Virus record (IMG/VR): IMGVR_UViG_3300030090_002290
Span: 1-56,327 of that record
Reading direction: 5' to 3' (one strand)
Source: a virus
Lineage: Duplodnaviria > Caudoviricetes
DNA: 56,327 nucleotides
The notes under the pieces are model-generated. The model ran no database searches, had not been told where the DNA came from, and saw only the letters and a program-made list of their open reading frames with translations. Each line of letters opens with the position of its first letter. The stretch's first letter is position 1. Made by a program: the position numbers and the translations under genes. Below are positions 37,963 to 46,633 of this stretch, piece by piece.

Positions 37963-40464
37963 TTAAGCGGTTAATGCTTGTTTGTCTTTATCGGAAAAAT
38001 AAGTGTTGACTAACTCTCGCTGTATATCTTCTTCTACTTGCCACTTAATTTCAATGCCTCTTATGGCGTTAGAATCTCGACCTGCGTTTAGTTCCCGCTT
38101 ACGAACTTTAGCTAACCCGTTACGACCTAATCGTTTAGAAAATTCTTTTGAGTTTATTCTTGGAGTTTGTTCTGTTAATGCATGAAACACTGTACGCAAA
38201 TGCTCAGTAGGTACAATTGAATACTCTTCATGGGCATTAGCTATCCAGTTCTTTACGAATCGTTGTGCGTTCATTATCTCTCCGCTACCCATTAATGCAG
38301 TAGCATCTATCTGTAGTACATCAGCAAAGAAGTTTACATCTCCTTCTTTAATTGCCTGGCAGAACTCTTCAAATACTGACATAGATACATGTCGCATTTC
38401 TGTCTTAGCATCATTGTTGAATGAGGTTCTTACTAAGCGTTCAACTACTTTGTATGTACTTAGTACACCTGCAAATTGTTTAAGTTCTTCTTCTACTTTA
38501 TCTAAGTTGTCTAGGACTTCGGGATGAGTTTCTTCGATCTTGAACTCTTGTCTAGGGGCTATGTTGTATCGTCTATCTCCATCTTCTATTTTCACCGCGT
38601 CAGGTCTGTTAGTTAAGAAGATGAAGTTAGTAAAGCTTTTTACTTCCGCCTGGTTACTACGCATTGCCCGGATAGTCATTGTGTTTTCTGTTATCTGATT
38701 CTTTAATTTGTCGGCAATCTTAATAGTTCCTTGCTGAGCAGAACCCATGTGGAACTCATCAACAATCAGGAATAAAGCAGTACGCATGTAAAGATTGAAC
38801 TGTTCTTCTATATTCTGTAGCGCCTTCATTGGTACGTGTGACTCTCCGAACAAAGGTCTAAGGATTCGACTATAGAATAAACCTTTACCTGTTCCCGGCA
38901 CTCCAGTTAGTACCCAAGCTGTCCCTGCTTTGCGTTTGGTTTGATATATGTATGCAAGCCAGTTTACAAAACGCTCTAGTTCTTCGTCTCCGTTGCCCAG
39001 GATATGATGCATAAGTGTGTATGTTATTGGGCATATGTCCTTTAGCTTTATGCCATCGCCTAAGGTCAAGGGTCTAGGGGGTGGCGTAGCTTCTAACATG
39101 TAGGGCGTTTGCCTATACATGTTTATGTAATATGGAGGAGAGTTAAGTTGTATAGGTTCTTTGTCCTGCGTTGGATCAAAGATTACACTAGCGTCCGGGA
39201 TAAAATCTGGCACTGGTCTACCGTGGCTTAACATAAAGGATTCGATTGAACCTTTTGCTAGTGGTGTTAACGGGAAGTCATCAGCAAACTGGTTTAAATT
39301 TGGGTCGAACACACCGCAATAATATATGTCGGTGTAGAAATCTCGTATTGCTATGGGTCTTCTTGCTTGGCCTGATTCACTTATCTCTTCTTCAAACATT
39401 TCAAAGATGCTTAGATAGAAATCAGGATCTGCTTTTTCTATTTCAAAGATAGGTTCGTCTTTGAAGTTGTACATATAAGTAGGAGCTTGCAGATTAAAGT
39501 AGTAAGCGTTGCTATCTCCTCCATTTATATTGCATCGAATGAAAGGGGTGGAGCTGTCATCAGATACAGTAATTGAAACTTTATCTGGGTTAGTAAGTAT
39601 CTCTTCGTTTGAGTATCCAACTTGCGCTATCTGTATGCGTTCTTTCTTTGATGACATACCTGCTGTTTTACGCAGCTCATTCTTTTTAGTTCTCGATATC
39701 TCAAAGCAAACTTCTCTGCTGATACCGCCCATTAAAGCAGCTAGATCTAATTGATTATGTTCTTTCTTGATTAGAGTTGTTCGTTCGTCATCATTTTTAA
39801 AAGGATTAGTTGCTCCGTTTATAAAAGTTGGCGGAGCAATAAATATTAATTTACCGTTGTCTGCTACTGAAGTGTCCAGGACATACTTCAGTGAGTGCCC
39901 GTTAACTGATAGCTCTATCTGTTCTTCAAAAAGATCACACGTATGATTTGTATGTTGCAGCCATAACTTAATTGTTTTGGGCGGCATGGGCACAGCAAGC
40001 ATAAAAAATATATGTAAAGAGTAAGTGGGCTTTAGTCCAAAAGAAGAAGAGGCTTGTACTATGTGGCTTACTTTCTGTAGAGGTTCAGGCAGTTGGGATA
40101 AGATCATATTAGATATATGTTCTACGTGGAGTTTTGTTAATCCTCCATTGTCTGAGGTGACTCCAAAAGGCATTTGAGGTAGCGACAAGTTGTCTATGTC
40201 TAATACCAACAAATCACTATATGCATTACGATCTGTTTTTCCTTTTCGGGATTCGTCTTCTAGTTCTTTTTTAAGTGAACCTTTGAGTAGGCAATGACCT
40301 TGTGTTGATTGGTTTTTAATTAGGTCAAACAGATCTTCAATTGTTTGTACTTCGAAATGGTGGCTGCTTACTTCTTTGACTAGGGGATAAGGTTTAGAGC
40401 TATCTTTACTAAAAGTTTTGGACAGGGACAGTCCATTACTTGCAGATAAAAAGTTTAGCTGCAT
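37963..40464 (-). CDS. Primase-helicase (N-terminal AEP-like domain, C-terminal DUF5906/SF3 helicase)
   Basis: LVLDID and SLHIFF motifs; Walker A GVPGTGKG, VDE, FLTN, DRRY. Confidence 0.85.
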   Translation of the reverse strand: MQLNFLSASNGLSLSKTFSKDSSKPYPLVKEVSSHHFEVQTIEDLFDLIKNQSTQGHCLLKGSLKKELEDESRKGKTDRNAYSDLLVLDIDNLSLPQMPFGVTSDNGGLTKLHVEHISNMILSQLPEPLQKVSHIVQASSSFGLKPTYSLHIFFMLAVPMPPKTIKLWLQHTNHTCDLFEEQIELSVNGHSLKYVLDTSVADNGKLIFIAPPTFINGATNPFKNDDERTTLIKKEHNQLDLAALMGGISREVCFEISRTKKNELRKTAGMSSKKERIQIAQVGYSNEEILTNPDKVSITVSDDSSTPFIRCNINGGDSNAYYFNLQAPTYMYNFKDEPIFEIEKADPDFYLSIFEMFEEEISESGQARRPIAIRDFYTDIYYCGVFDPNLNQFADDFPLTPLAKGSIESFMLSHGRPVPDFIPDASVIFDPTQDKEPIQLNSPPYYINMYRQTPYMLEATPPPRPLTLGDGIKLKDICPITYTLMHHILGNGDEELERFVNWLAYIYQTKRKAGTAWVLTGVPGTGKGLFYSRILRPLFGESHVPMKALQNIEEQFNLYMRTALFLIVDEFHMGSAQQGTIKIADKLKNQITENTMTIRAMRSNQAEVKSFTNFIFLTNRPDAVKIEDGDRRYNIAPRQEFKIEETHPEVLDNLDKVEEELKQFAGVLSTYKVVERLVRTSFNNDAKTEMRHVSMSVFEEFCQAIKEGDVNFFADVLQIDATALMGSGEIMNAQRFVKNWIANAHEEYSIVPTEHLRTVFHALTEQTPRINSKEFSKRLGRNGLAKVRKRELNAGRDSNAIRGIEIKWQVEEDIQRELVNTYFSDKDKQALTA

Positions 40465-40499
40465 CTCATCCTCCTAAGTTTCTAAAGCGGTCTTGGATA

Positions 40500-40691
40500 T
40501 TATCGTTGGTTGTTTGTCGGGTCAACTTTTTGTCGTTCGGGGCGCTCAATTTTTACTTCAGTTGGCGCATCAAAGAGTAAACGTACTTGGTTCCTATCAA
40601 TACGAGCGACTGTAACTAGCACAGTTGTATCGTCATCTAATGACACAGATACCTGTTCATTAAGTTTTCTTGTTAAGACTAGCCTGCTCAT
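40500..40691 (-). CDS. csrA: CsrA/RsmA-family RNA-binding translational regulator
   Basis: LVLTRK.NE...VTV...NQVRL.FDAP.EVKI.R aligns by eye with E. coli CsrA. Confidence 0.85.
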   Translation of the reverse strand: MSRLVLTRKLNEQVSVSLDDDTTVLVTVARIDRNQVRLLFDAPTEVKIERPERQKVDPTNNQR

Positions 40692-42491
40692 CTATTTACT
40701 ATAGCATTTATCCCATCCACCTTCTGCATCTAAAGGTAAACCGAGCGCCCAAGATGGAGGTTCTCGCATCATAAATAGCATTTTGTCTAATTTACTTTTG
40801 GGATTGTCTTCATCACTTATAGCAATGATCTCATCATGTACTGTAAGCACAACTTCAAAATCTTTTTCTTGTTGTATGGCAAGCATTTGTTCACATATAA
40901 CAATTCTTGATAGTGCTTGAATAATATTCTCTGTTATTTTTCCACCGTAGGTATACTCAATTTTATTATTTGATTCGTATTGAAGTTTACCGTCGCCTAA
41001 TAAATTAAGGTTGTGGTATTTGAGGGCCATGCCATTTGGCAAAGTGATTGAATTAGGTGCAGCTTCCAGACACTTATAGGAATAGGTAAAACGATCCTCA
41101 TATCCCAGGGATAAAGCCTGTCTAAGAATACGTTCTGATCTTTCCCAAAGTGCTGGGATAGCTGCGTAAGTGCTACGGTAAGTGTTTACTGCCGATAAAC
41201 ACTCTTCAAAGGGGAGTTCAATTCCAGCCGCTTTTAGTGTGGCTTTAAATTTATGCGCCCCCATGCCGTAGCCCAAACCTAATATAGCAGTTTTTCCAAC
41301 GAAGCGTTCTGTTTCATCTTCTTTTGTTATGGTACGCCCGTATAAATTACTGGCGAAGGATGAATAGACATCCGCTCCATGTGAATACAACTCTAATAAA
41401 TTATCTTGATCTGCTAGCCACGCTAACATTCTTGATTCAATGTTAGATAAGTCAGCTACAAACATTAACTTACCTTCTGGTGCTTCTAATACTTTACGAA
41501 GCTCACTGTTCCTGGGCAGGTTTTGTAGGTTTATCTTTTCAGTACCGCCGAAACGTCCTGTGTGGGCAGCATAATATTTAAGGGGAGCAGGGATGCAGCC
41601 TTCGGCATTGACACTATCGATGAAGCGTTGTGCCCGAGTCTCATTCAGACGGCTCTTAACTGCCTCTCGTCCAGCAAACACATGGGCATACTCTGGGTGT
41701 TGCTGTTGCCATTGCCGATAGGCCGCATCATTTTTACCAAAGGCAGGAATGGTTTTGCCTGTGGTAGGACTGGTCTTGGTTGGTATAACCAGCCCCTCCC
41801 CTTCCGCCCAAGCGGAAAACTTTTGGTTGCTTGCAAGCACACTGCGTTCTAATCCAGAAGCTTCTATGGCTTCTTTGCTTTTTCTTTTCTCTTCTTCGAG
41901 GAACTGTTTTGTTTTACTGATGTTAACTTTGATCTTGGGTTCACAAAACATACGGGTCGTCATGTCAATGATTTCCCATTCAACTTCAGGTAGTTCCAGG
42001 CACAACTTCATGTAGATTGCATAAGTTAGCTCAACATCTTGTATGCAGTAACGGGCTATAGCATCTTCAATATCAGGTGGAAGTTCGTATATACCTTTAG
42101 CAGTTATTAGCTCCTCGCCTTTACGCATTGTTTCATCGTTAGGGAAACATCTTTCTGCTGTGTTCTTTAAGCTGGCAGATTGCCCAGGCCAAAGTCCACG
42201 AGATATAGCAGCGGTATCTAAGTAACGCTTGGGTGTATGTCCGTAGAGTTGGGTAAGTAAGTACCCATCAAAGGGTGTGTTATGGCACAACAGTTCTGCA
42301 TTGTCCCAATCTATATCATCGAGAGCATCTTCGACTTCATATTCACCGAACCATTCTGTTTCTTCGCCTTCGACTTTTATACCTACTCCCCACACTTTGA
42401 ACAGTGGGTCCTTGATATACTCCATAACGGTGAGTTTTGTTAGAGATACTTTGCTGTCAAAGTAAGTCTCAAAATCGAGGGTTATTAACAT
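40692..42491 (-). CDS. DNA polymerase family A with 3-5 exonuclease
   Basis: LDFET, HN..FD, YCIQD; TGRFGG, NLQNLP, DLSNIESR, KTAILGLGYG, TVHDE; probable start MLITLD. Confidence 0.92.
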   Translation of the reverse strand: MLITLDFETYFDSKVSLTKLTVMEYIKDPLFKVWGVGIKVEGEETEWFGEYEVEDALDDIDWDNAELLCHNTPFDGYLLTQLYGHTPKRYLDTAAISRGLWPGQSASLKNTAERCFPNDETMRKGEELITAKGIYELPPDIEDAIARYCIQDVELTYAIYMKLCLELPEVEWEIIDMTTRMFCEPKIKVNISKTKQFLEEEKRKSKEAIEASGLERSVLASNQKFSAWAEGEGLVIPTKTSPTTGKTIPAFGKNDAAYRQWQQQHPEYAHVFAGREAVKSRLNETRAQRFIDSVNAEGCIPAPLKYYAAHTGRFGGTEKINLQNLPRNSELRKVLEAPEGKLMFVADLSNIESRMLAWLADQDNLLELYSHGADVYSSFASNLYGRTITKEDETERFVGKTAILGLGYGMGAHKFKATLKAAGIELPFEECLSAVNTYRSTYAAIPALWERSERILRQALSLGYEDRFTYSYKCLEAAPNSITLPNGMALKYHNLNLLGDGKLQYESNNKIEYTYGGKITENIIQALSRIVICEQMLAIQQEKDFEVVLTVHDEIIAISDEDNPKSKLDKMLFMMREPPSWALGLPLDAEGGWDKCYSK

Positions 42492-42699
42492 CTTGTTCGT
42501 CCTTAGCATCCTGCTCTTGTCGGTGTGCGTACACACTTGCTTCGATCTGCTGAAAGTTTTTGACTATATCATTGTGCAGCTCGGGCATTCTACTTTTTAA
42601 CCAGACAAATGTGTACTGCAGTTTTTCGTAAGAGTTAGAATCCTGGTCAAGATGAGGTTCAATCTTGTTAGATTCTTCTAGGTATTCTTTTTTGTCCAT
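42469..42699 (-). CDS. Hypothetical protein
   Basis: ORF track; probable start MDKKEY. Confidence 0.6.
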   Translation of the reverse strand: MDKKEYLEESNKIEPHLDQDSNSYEKLQYTFVWLKSRMPELHNDIVKNFQQIEASVYAHRQEQDAKDEQDVNNPRF

Positions 42700-43190
42700 T
42701 AGTAATCGCTTCTCCAATAAGTGTTGTTGTAATCCGGGTCTTGTATTTCTGTTGTATCGATGTCTCCGATAGTGAAAGCTTCATCGGTACATTCTAAATC
42801 GTATGAAAATATTTCAAGCCCTCCTCCTTCTTCCCCTGTGTCTATGTAAACCAGGAGTGTATCTACACCTTGTAGCTCCCATGTTTCCACATCCTCTGGT
42901 GAATAACCTTCTGGCAAAGTGATCTTTGTTGTGGCGTAAGATGTTGCTCGATGCTCAACAATAACTTCATAGTTCCTGGATCTGTCAGTAGGTGTGCGTA
43001 TAGCAAACATCGAATGATTAGTTTGCTTTGATGGTATGAATGTTGATTCACAATCCGGGCATATTAAGAATCCATCCCGGCTGAAAAAATCTAAATCACA
43101 CTCAACAAATGTTGGACCCATATCGTAGCCGCATTCACGGCACATCCATTCAGATAGTTCTTTGACTGCTACTGTTCTACCCACATCCAC
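42699..43190 (-). CDS. Zn-ribbon protein with acidic C-terminus
   Basis: CREC and CPDC pairs. Confidence 0.6.
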   Translation of the reverse strand: MDVGRTVAVKELSEWMCRECGYDMGPTFVECDLDFFSRDGFLICPDCESTFIPSKQTNHSMFAIRTPTDRSRNYEVIVEHRATSYATTKITLPEGYSPEDVETWELQGVDTLLVYIDTGEEGGGLEIFSYDLECTDEAFTIGDIDTTEIQDPDYNNTYWRSDY

Positions 43191-43453
43191 CTCCTATATG
43201 GAAACTTTTTGATTTTAACTAGCTCAAGTTTTTGATGTCGCATCGTACGTTTCATAATGAACAGTACAATGGACACGATTAATCCGCCGAATAATGCAGC
43301 CATCATGCCGCTGAATGTACCTGCTAGTGCAAGCATTAGTAGTACAGTAATAACTACATCAAAGAATATGTCGTAGGTTATTACTTTGCGTACGCCGAAC
43401 TTGAACAACAGGAACAACATTCCTGCTGCTGCAACAAGGCCTGCTGTCATCAT
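43169..43453 (-). CDS. Small membrane protein (about 3 TM)
   Basis: Hydrophobic; RBS GAGGAGG. Confidence 0.7.
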   Translation of the reverse strand: MMTAGLVAAAGMLFLLFKFGVRKVITYDIFFDVVITVLLMLALAGTFSGMMAALFGGLIVSIVLFIMKRTMRHQKLELVKIKKFPYRRWMWVEQ

Positions 43454-43468
43454 GGTTTATCCTCCTCT

Positions 43469-43657
43469 TCAATTTGGGTTAGTATTTTTTCCATCTTCTC
43501 TAACAGATTCTGGATGTTTGTGAAGATCTCCAGGTATGTGTTGATCTCCTCCTCGTCCAGAGTCAGTTTCAGTTCTAACTGTTTCATCTTTAACTTCCTC
43601 AATTATTCTTCGTATAGTCAAAAAGGTGACTATGAATTCAACTAGTTTCATGAACAT
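43469..43657 (-). CDS. Hypothetical protein downstream of the E2-like gene
   Basis: ORF track; starts 2 nt after the E2 stop. Confidence 0.45.
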   Translation of the reverse strand: MFMKLVEFIVTFLTIRRIIEEVKDETVRTETDSGRGGDQHIPGDLHKHPESVREDGKNTNPN

Positions 43658-43659
43658 AA

Positions 43660-44610
43660 TTAACCTGCTGCTTGTTGTGGTTCAGCCCAACTCTCTTCGT
43701 TACGATCTTTGTCGTACCATCGAAACCAGTAATAGCCTGCGCCATCTTGAGAATCGACTTGCTTGAGGAACAACTCAAAGATCGTAACTGCTGTTGGTAT
43801 ATCAAAGTCTGTTATAGCTTCGATTACCGGGCCTTCGAAATCACCAAGACAAGGTACAGTCATACTAGTTTGATGAGGATGTAGTTGACCTCGTGATACA
43901 TAACCTGCCACGCGGTCTGCACTGTCTACGGCACGAAACCTAATTACTATAGATCCGCTTGCGTACCGTGTCATATCGATGTACATCGCAGGTATGTTGA
44001 TGAATACTTCTTCACCGTACTCATCAACAGGGTATCGTTCTTCATCGATGTTGTTTACTCGTGCACGAGTTGGTTTGGTTTTGATAGAGAACTTGTATCT
44101 GTTGCCACCCTGGTCAGGGAACTCTCTGACTTTTAGGCTGTTAGATACATACAGCTCACTGTTACGCATTTGATGATCCCAGACGTCAGTAGCATAGATA
44201 GTAGATTCGTTGGCTTTTGCTCGGAGCCGTTCAAGATTCTTTTTAACAAAGAATAATTGTTGTTTGTATTTTGCTTGTTCGTTTTCTATCGAGCTTATGC
44301 GTCTGATTGTATCTGCTAGATCATCTGAGACGTTATGAACATTACGTTCTAAACAGGCTTCTAATGATTCAGCAAGCTCTGCGTTTCCGCCTGCTATTTG
44401 TAATAGCTGCCAACGTAAACGATTGTTAGTTTGGAAAGTTTGAGCTGCAATAATCTCCCTGTTTAGCTGCCGTCTTTGTATACGTTCAAAACGTACATTG
44501 TTGTGCAGTCTTGTATAAGATCGTTGCGCTGCTTTAAGTTTTTCTTCTTCAGTAGTTATCAAAGAAGCATTGGGAAAAATCTCAAAAGTTTTTACTAGTC
44601 TGCCAGCCAT
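43660..44610 (-). CDS. Prokaryotic E2-like (ubiquitin-conjugating fold) protein with N-terminal coiled-coil
   Basis: LHPHQTSMTVPCLG resembles the E2 HPN/HPH...CL catalytic motif; in an operon with JAB, E1 and Ubl. Confidence 0.7.
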   Translation of the reverse strand: MAGRLVKTFEIFPNASLITTEEEKLKAAQRSYTRLHNNVRFERIQRRQLNREIIAAQTFQTNNRLRWQLLQIAGGNAELAESLEACLERNVHNVSDDLADTIRRISSIENEQAKYKQQLFFVKKNLERLRAKANESTIYATDVWDHQMRNSELYVSNSLKVREFPDQGGNRYKFSIKTKPTRARVNNIDEERYPVDEYGEEVFINIPAMYIDMTRYASGSIVIRFRAVDSADRVAGYVSRGQLHPHQTSMTVPCLGDFEGPVIEAITDFDIPTAVTIFELFLKQVDSQDGAGYYWFRWYDKDRNEESWAEPQQAAG

Positions 44611-45512
44611 TATCTAAAACCCCCTTTGTTTTCTAAATGGTGTTGTCTGTTGTACTCCTCTTCGAAGAGTGTTCTTTCTTCAGTGTCCATCTCATCTATC
44701 TCAGTTTGAGTTATCTCAATGACATCTCCTGTTGCAGGGTTTCTGAAGATCAGATCCTCTTCATCTGCTGCGCCCCAGTAGCTGCTGTAATAATCTGAAG
44801 TATCTATGAGAGTTGAACCAGGAGTATTCTGATTGTTGAACGTCATGTTTACTTGCTGGTTTAGTGCAGGCTTTTTTACAGTAGAGAAAGATGCTTTCTT
44901 TACGTTGGCCTTTACCAGTTTGTCTATGCGTTTGCGTAGTTCTTTATTTACCGGAGCAGGCATAGGTCCGTTCCATACACACTGATGAGAGCAGTTGTTA
45001 TCTACGTCATATACATCAACCTTGGAATGTCCTTGCTTGTTGTATATGCCACGGATAAATAACTTACAGCCATTGTCCAGGAACTCTTCTACTTGCATTT
45101 CGTCCTGGGCCGAGGGGCTAACGCTCATGTTTACATGTGAGTGTCCCCAATAGATTAGCTTCTCTGATTCTTTACCTGATTCTTCCAGCTCAACAGCTAG
45201 ATCACATAAAGTTTCAGCAGCTATATCGGTCTCTGCTCCATGTACCTTTTGCTTAGGTATGTAGATGTTAGTGATAGTAAAGGAAGTAATTACTCCTTTG
45301 TCGTTTGTTTCAGTCTCAACCAGACCGAGCCAACCAACTTCTGTAGATACAGAATCTACAAGGTATCGAATAGTTTCCCAGGCACTGTCTGTGTAAAACA
45401 CTTTCGGTGCTTCCGGGTATTGGTATTCGAACAGTTGCTCAGTCTCAGGAGAGTCTGAAGTTGTATCAAAGCTAGCGCGTTTGGAAGCTTTGTATTGAGT
45501 ATAAGAAATCAT
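44610..45512 (-). CDS. JAB/MPN (JAMM) metallopeptidase
   Basis: EVGWLG...WGHSHVNMSVSPSAQD fits E-xn-HSH-x7-S-x2-D. Confidence 0.85.
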   Translation of the reverse strand: MISYTQYKASKRASFDTTSDSPETEQLFEYQYPEAPKVFYTDSAWETIRYLVDSVSTEVGWLGLVETETNDKGVITSFTITNIYIPKQKVHGAETDIAAETLCDLAVELEESGKESEKLIYWGHSHVNMSVSPSAQDEMQVEEFLDNGCKLFIRGIYNKQGHSKVDVYDVDNNCSHQCVWNGPMPAPVNKELRKRIDKLVKANVKKASFSTVKKPALNQQVNMTFNNQNTPGSTLIDTSDYYSSYWGAADEEDLIFRNPATGDVIEITQTEIDEMDTEERTLFEEEYNRQHHLENKGGFR

Positions 45513-46201
45513 ATGTTGTCCTTAGTCGAAAACATCATAGGTTTAAAGAACACATCCAGTTGAGCTGTGGCACACCCGTCATCCAATAGGAAGTTCATGA
45601 ACTCCCATACTGCTAGGTTTGCAATGAGCGATGCGGTAGGGCCAACTGATATGCTGGTTCCACATGGAGACATTTCCCCTTCGTCATCGCTGATTAGTGA
45701 GTCGTACCACCGTTGTAACTGAACGCTGTTTGTAGGTGAGAAGTGATATACGTTACCGTGCGTCGATGCCATGCGAGTCTCAAAGATTTGAAACAGCTCA
45801 CTGTTTGGTCCTTTGTCCTGTGCATCTACAATCTGACGGCGTGATGCCATTGTGTCAGTCAGCAGGAAAAGGAAGCCATTGAACTTGCGTTGATCTATAC
45901 GCTCGTTGACGAACTGCATTGGCAGCTGGTCTTCGGCTATGCCTAGTTTCATAGAAGCCAAACTCTTGAGAGCTTGAACTTTAGGCACACCGATATGCTC
46001 ATGCATGTATGCCTGGTTAGCTAGGTTGTGTGCTTCTACTTTGTCGTAGTCATACACGCTGATGTTAGTCAGACCTAGCTCGATAAGCGACATGAACACT
46101 CGTGACCCAGTTGCACCTGCGCCAACGATATGTATTGGGTAGTTGCTGTACTCCCCAGCACGGAATACGGAATCGTGTCGAATGGTCGAGAGTAAAGTCA
46201 T
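45509..46201 (-). CDS. ThiF/E1-like Ubl-activating adenylyltransferase
   Basis: IVGAGATGS, DYDKVEAHNLANQ, K, LTD...R, candidate catalytic SPCG; start MTLLS after RBS GGAGG. Confidence 0.9.
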   Translation of the reverse strand: MTLLSTIRHDSVFRAGEYSNYPIHIVGAGATGSRVFMSLIELGLTNISVYDYDKVEAHNLANQAYMHEHIGVPKVQALKSLASMKLGIAEDQLPMQFVNERIDQRKFNGFLFLLTDTMASRRQIVDAQDKGPNSELFQIFETRMASTHGNVYHFSPTNSVQLQRWYDSLISDDEGEMSPCGTSISVGPTASLIANLAVWEFMNFLLDDGCATAQLDVFFKPMMFSTKDNI

Positions 46202-46231
46202 ATAACCTCCGTTTGTTATTGGGTTGAAAAA

Positions 46232-46393
46232 CAAACCTTCCCCGCACAGAAGAAAGAAAGATTGGATTCCCTGTACTACAGTTGATAGGAGTCTAGGCCT
46301 GCAGTCAGGGCAGTCTAACTTCTGTACGAAGAAGGCTTGACCTCCCCATGCACCTTGCAAAAGAGGGAGATGAATACCTCTTGTGCATGGGGA
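46232..46393 (-). ncRNA. Tandem long hairpins between Ubl and E1 genes
   Basis: 21-bp stem 46339-46319 / 46252-46232 that is fully paired only with G-U wobbles on the minus strand; second stem 46393-46383 / 46353-46343. Confidence 0.65.
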
Positions 46394-46414
46394 AGGAGAC
46401 GGTACGGTCAGGTC

Positions 46415-46630
46415 TTAGTTACCCTTGGCACCTTGCGAGATAACTACTCGGTCTCCATCAGTCAGGGTATAACCCTGGTCAACGGTTTCAGCGCCGACTT
46501 TGATGGCTTCCGAACCAGTTGGCTCGATGCTTGCTGCACTAAGTGCATCAGCAACCGTAGCCCCCGCAGACAGAGCAACCTCTGTCACCGCACCTGGGAT
46601 GCGGATTACTTTGACGAATATTTCGTCCAT
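46415..46630 (-). CDS. Ubiquitin-like beta-grasp protein (ThiS/MoaD-like), 71 aa, C-terminus GAKGN
   Basis: GATVADAL and L.DGDRV motifs; penultimate Gly; RBS AGGAGG before ATG 46630. Confidence 0.85.
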   Translation of the reverse strand: MDEIFVKVIRIPGAVTEVALSAGATVADALSAASIEPTGSEAIKVGAETVDQGYTLTDGDRVVISQGAKGN

Positions 46631-46633
46631 GGT

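Noticed and set aside
45509-46630. ThiF + ThiS/MoaD as a thiamine or molybdopterin auxiliary metabolic module
   Set aside because: No thiG, moaE or cysteine desulfurase genes; the coupled JAB and E2-like genes fit protein conjugation better
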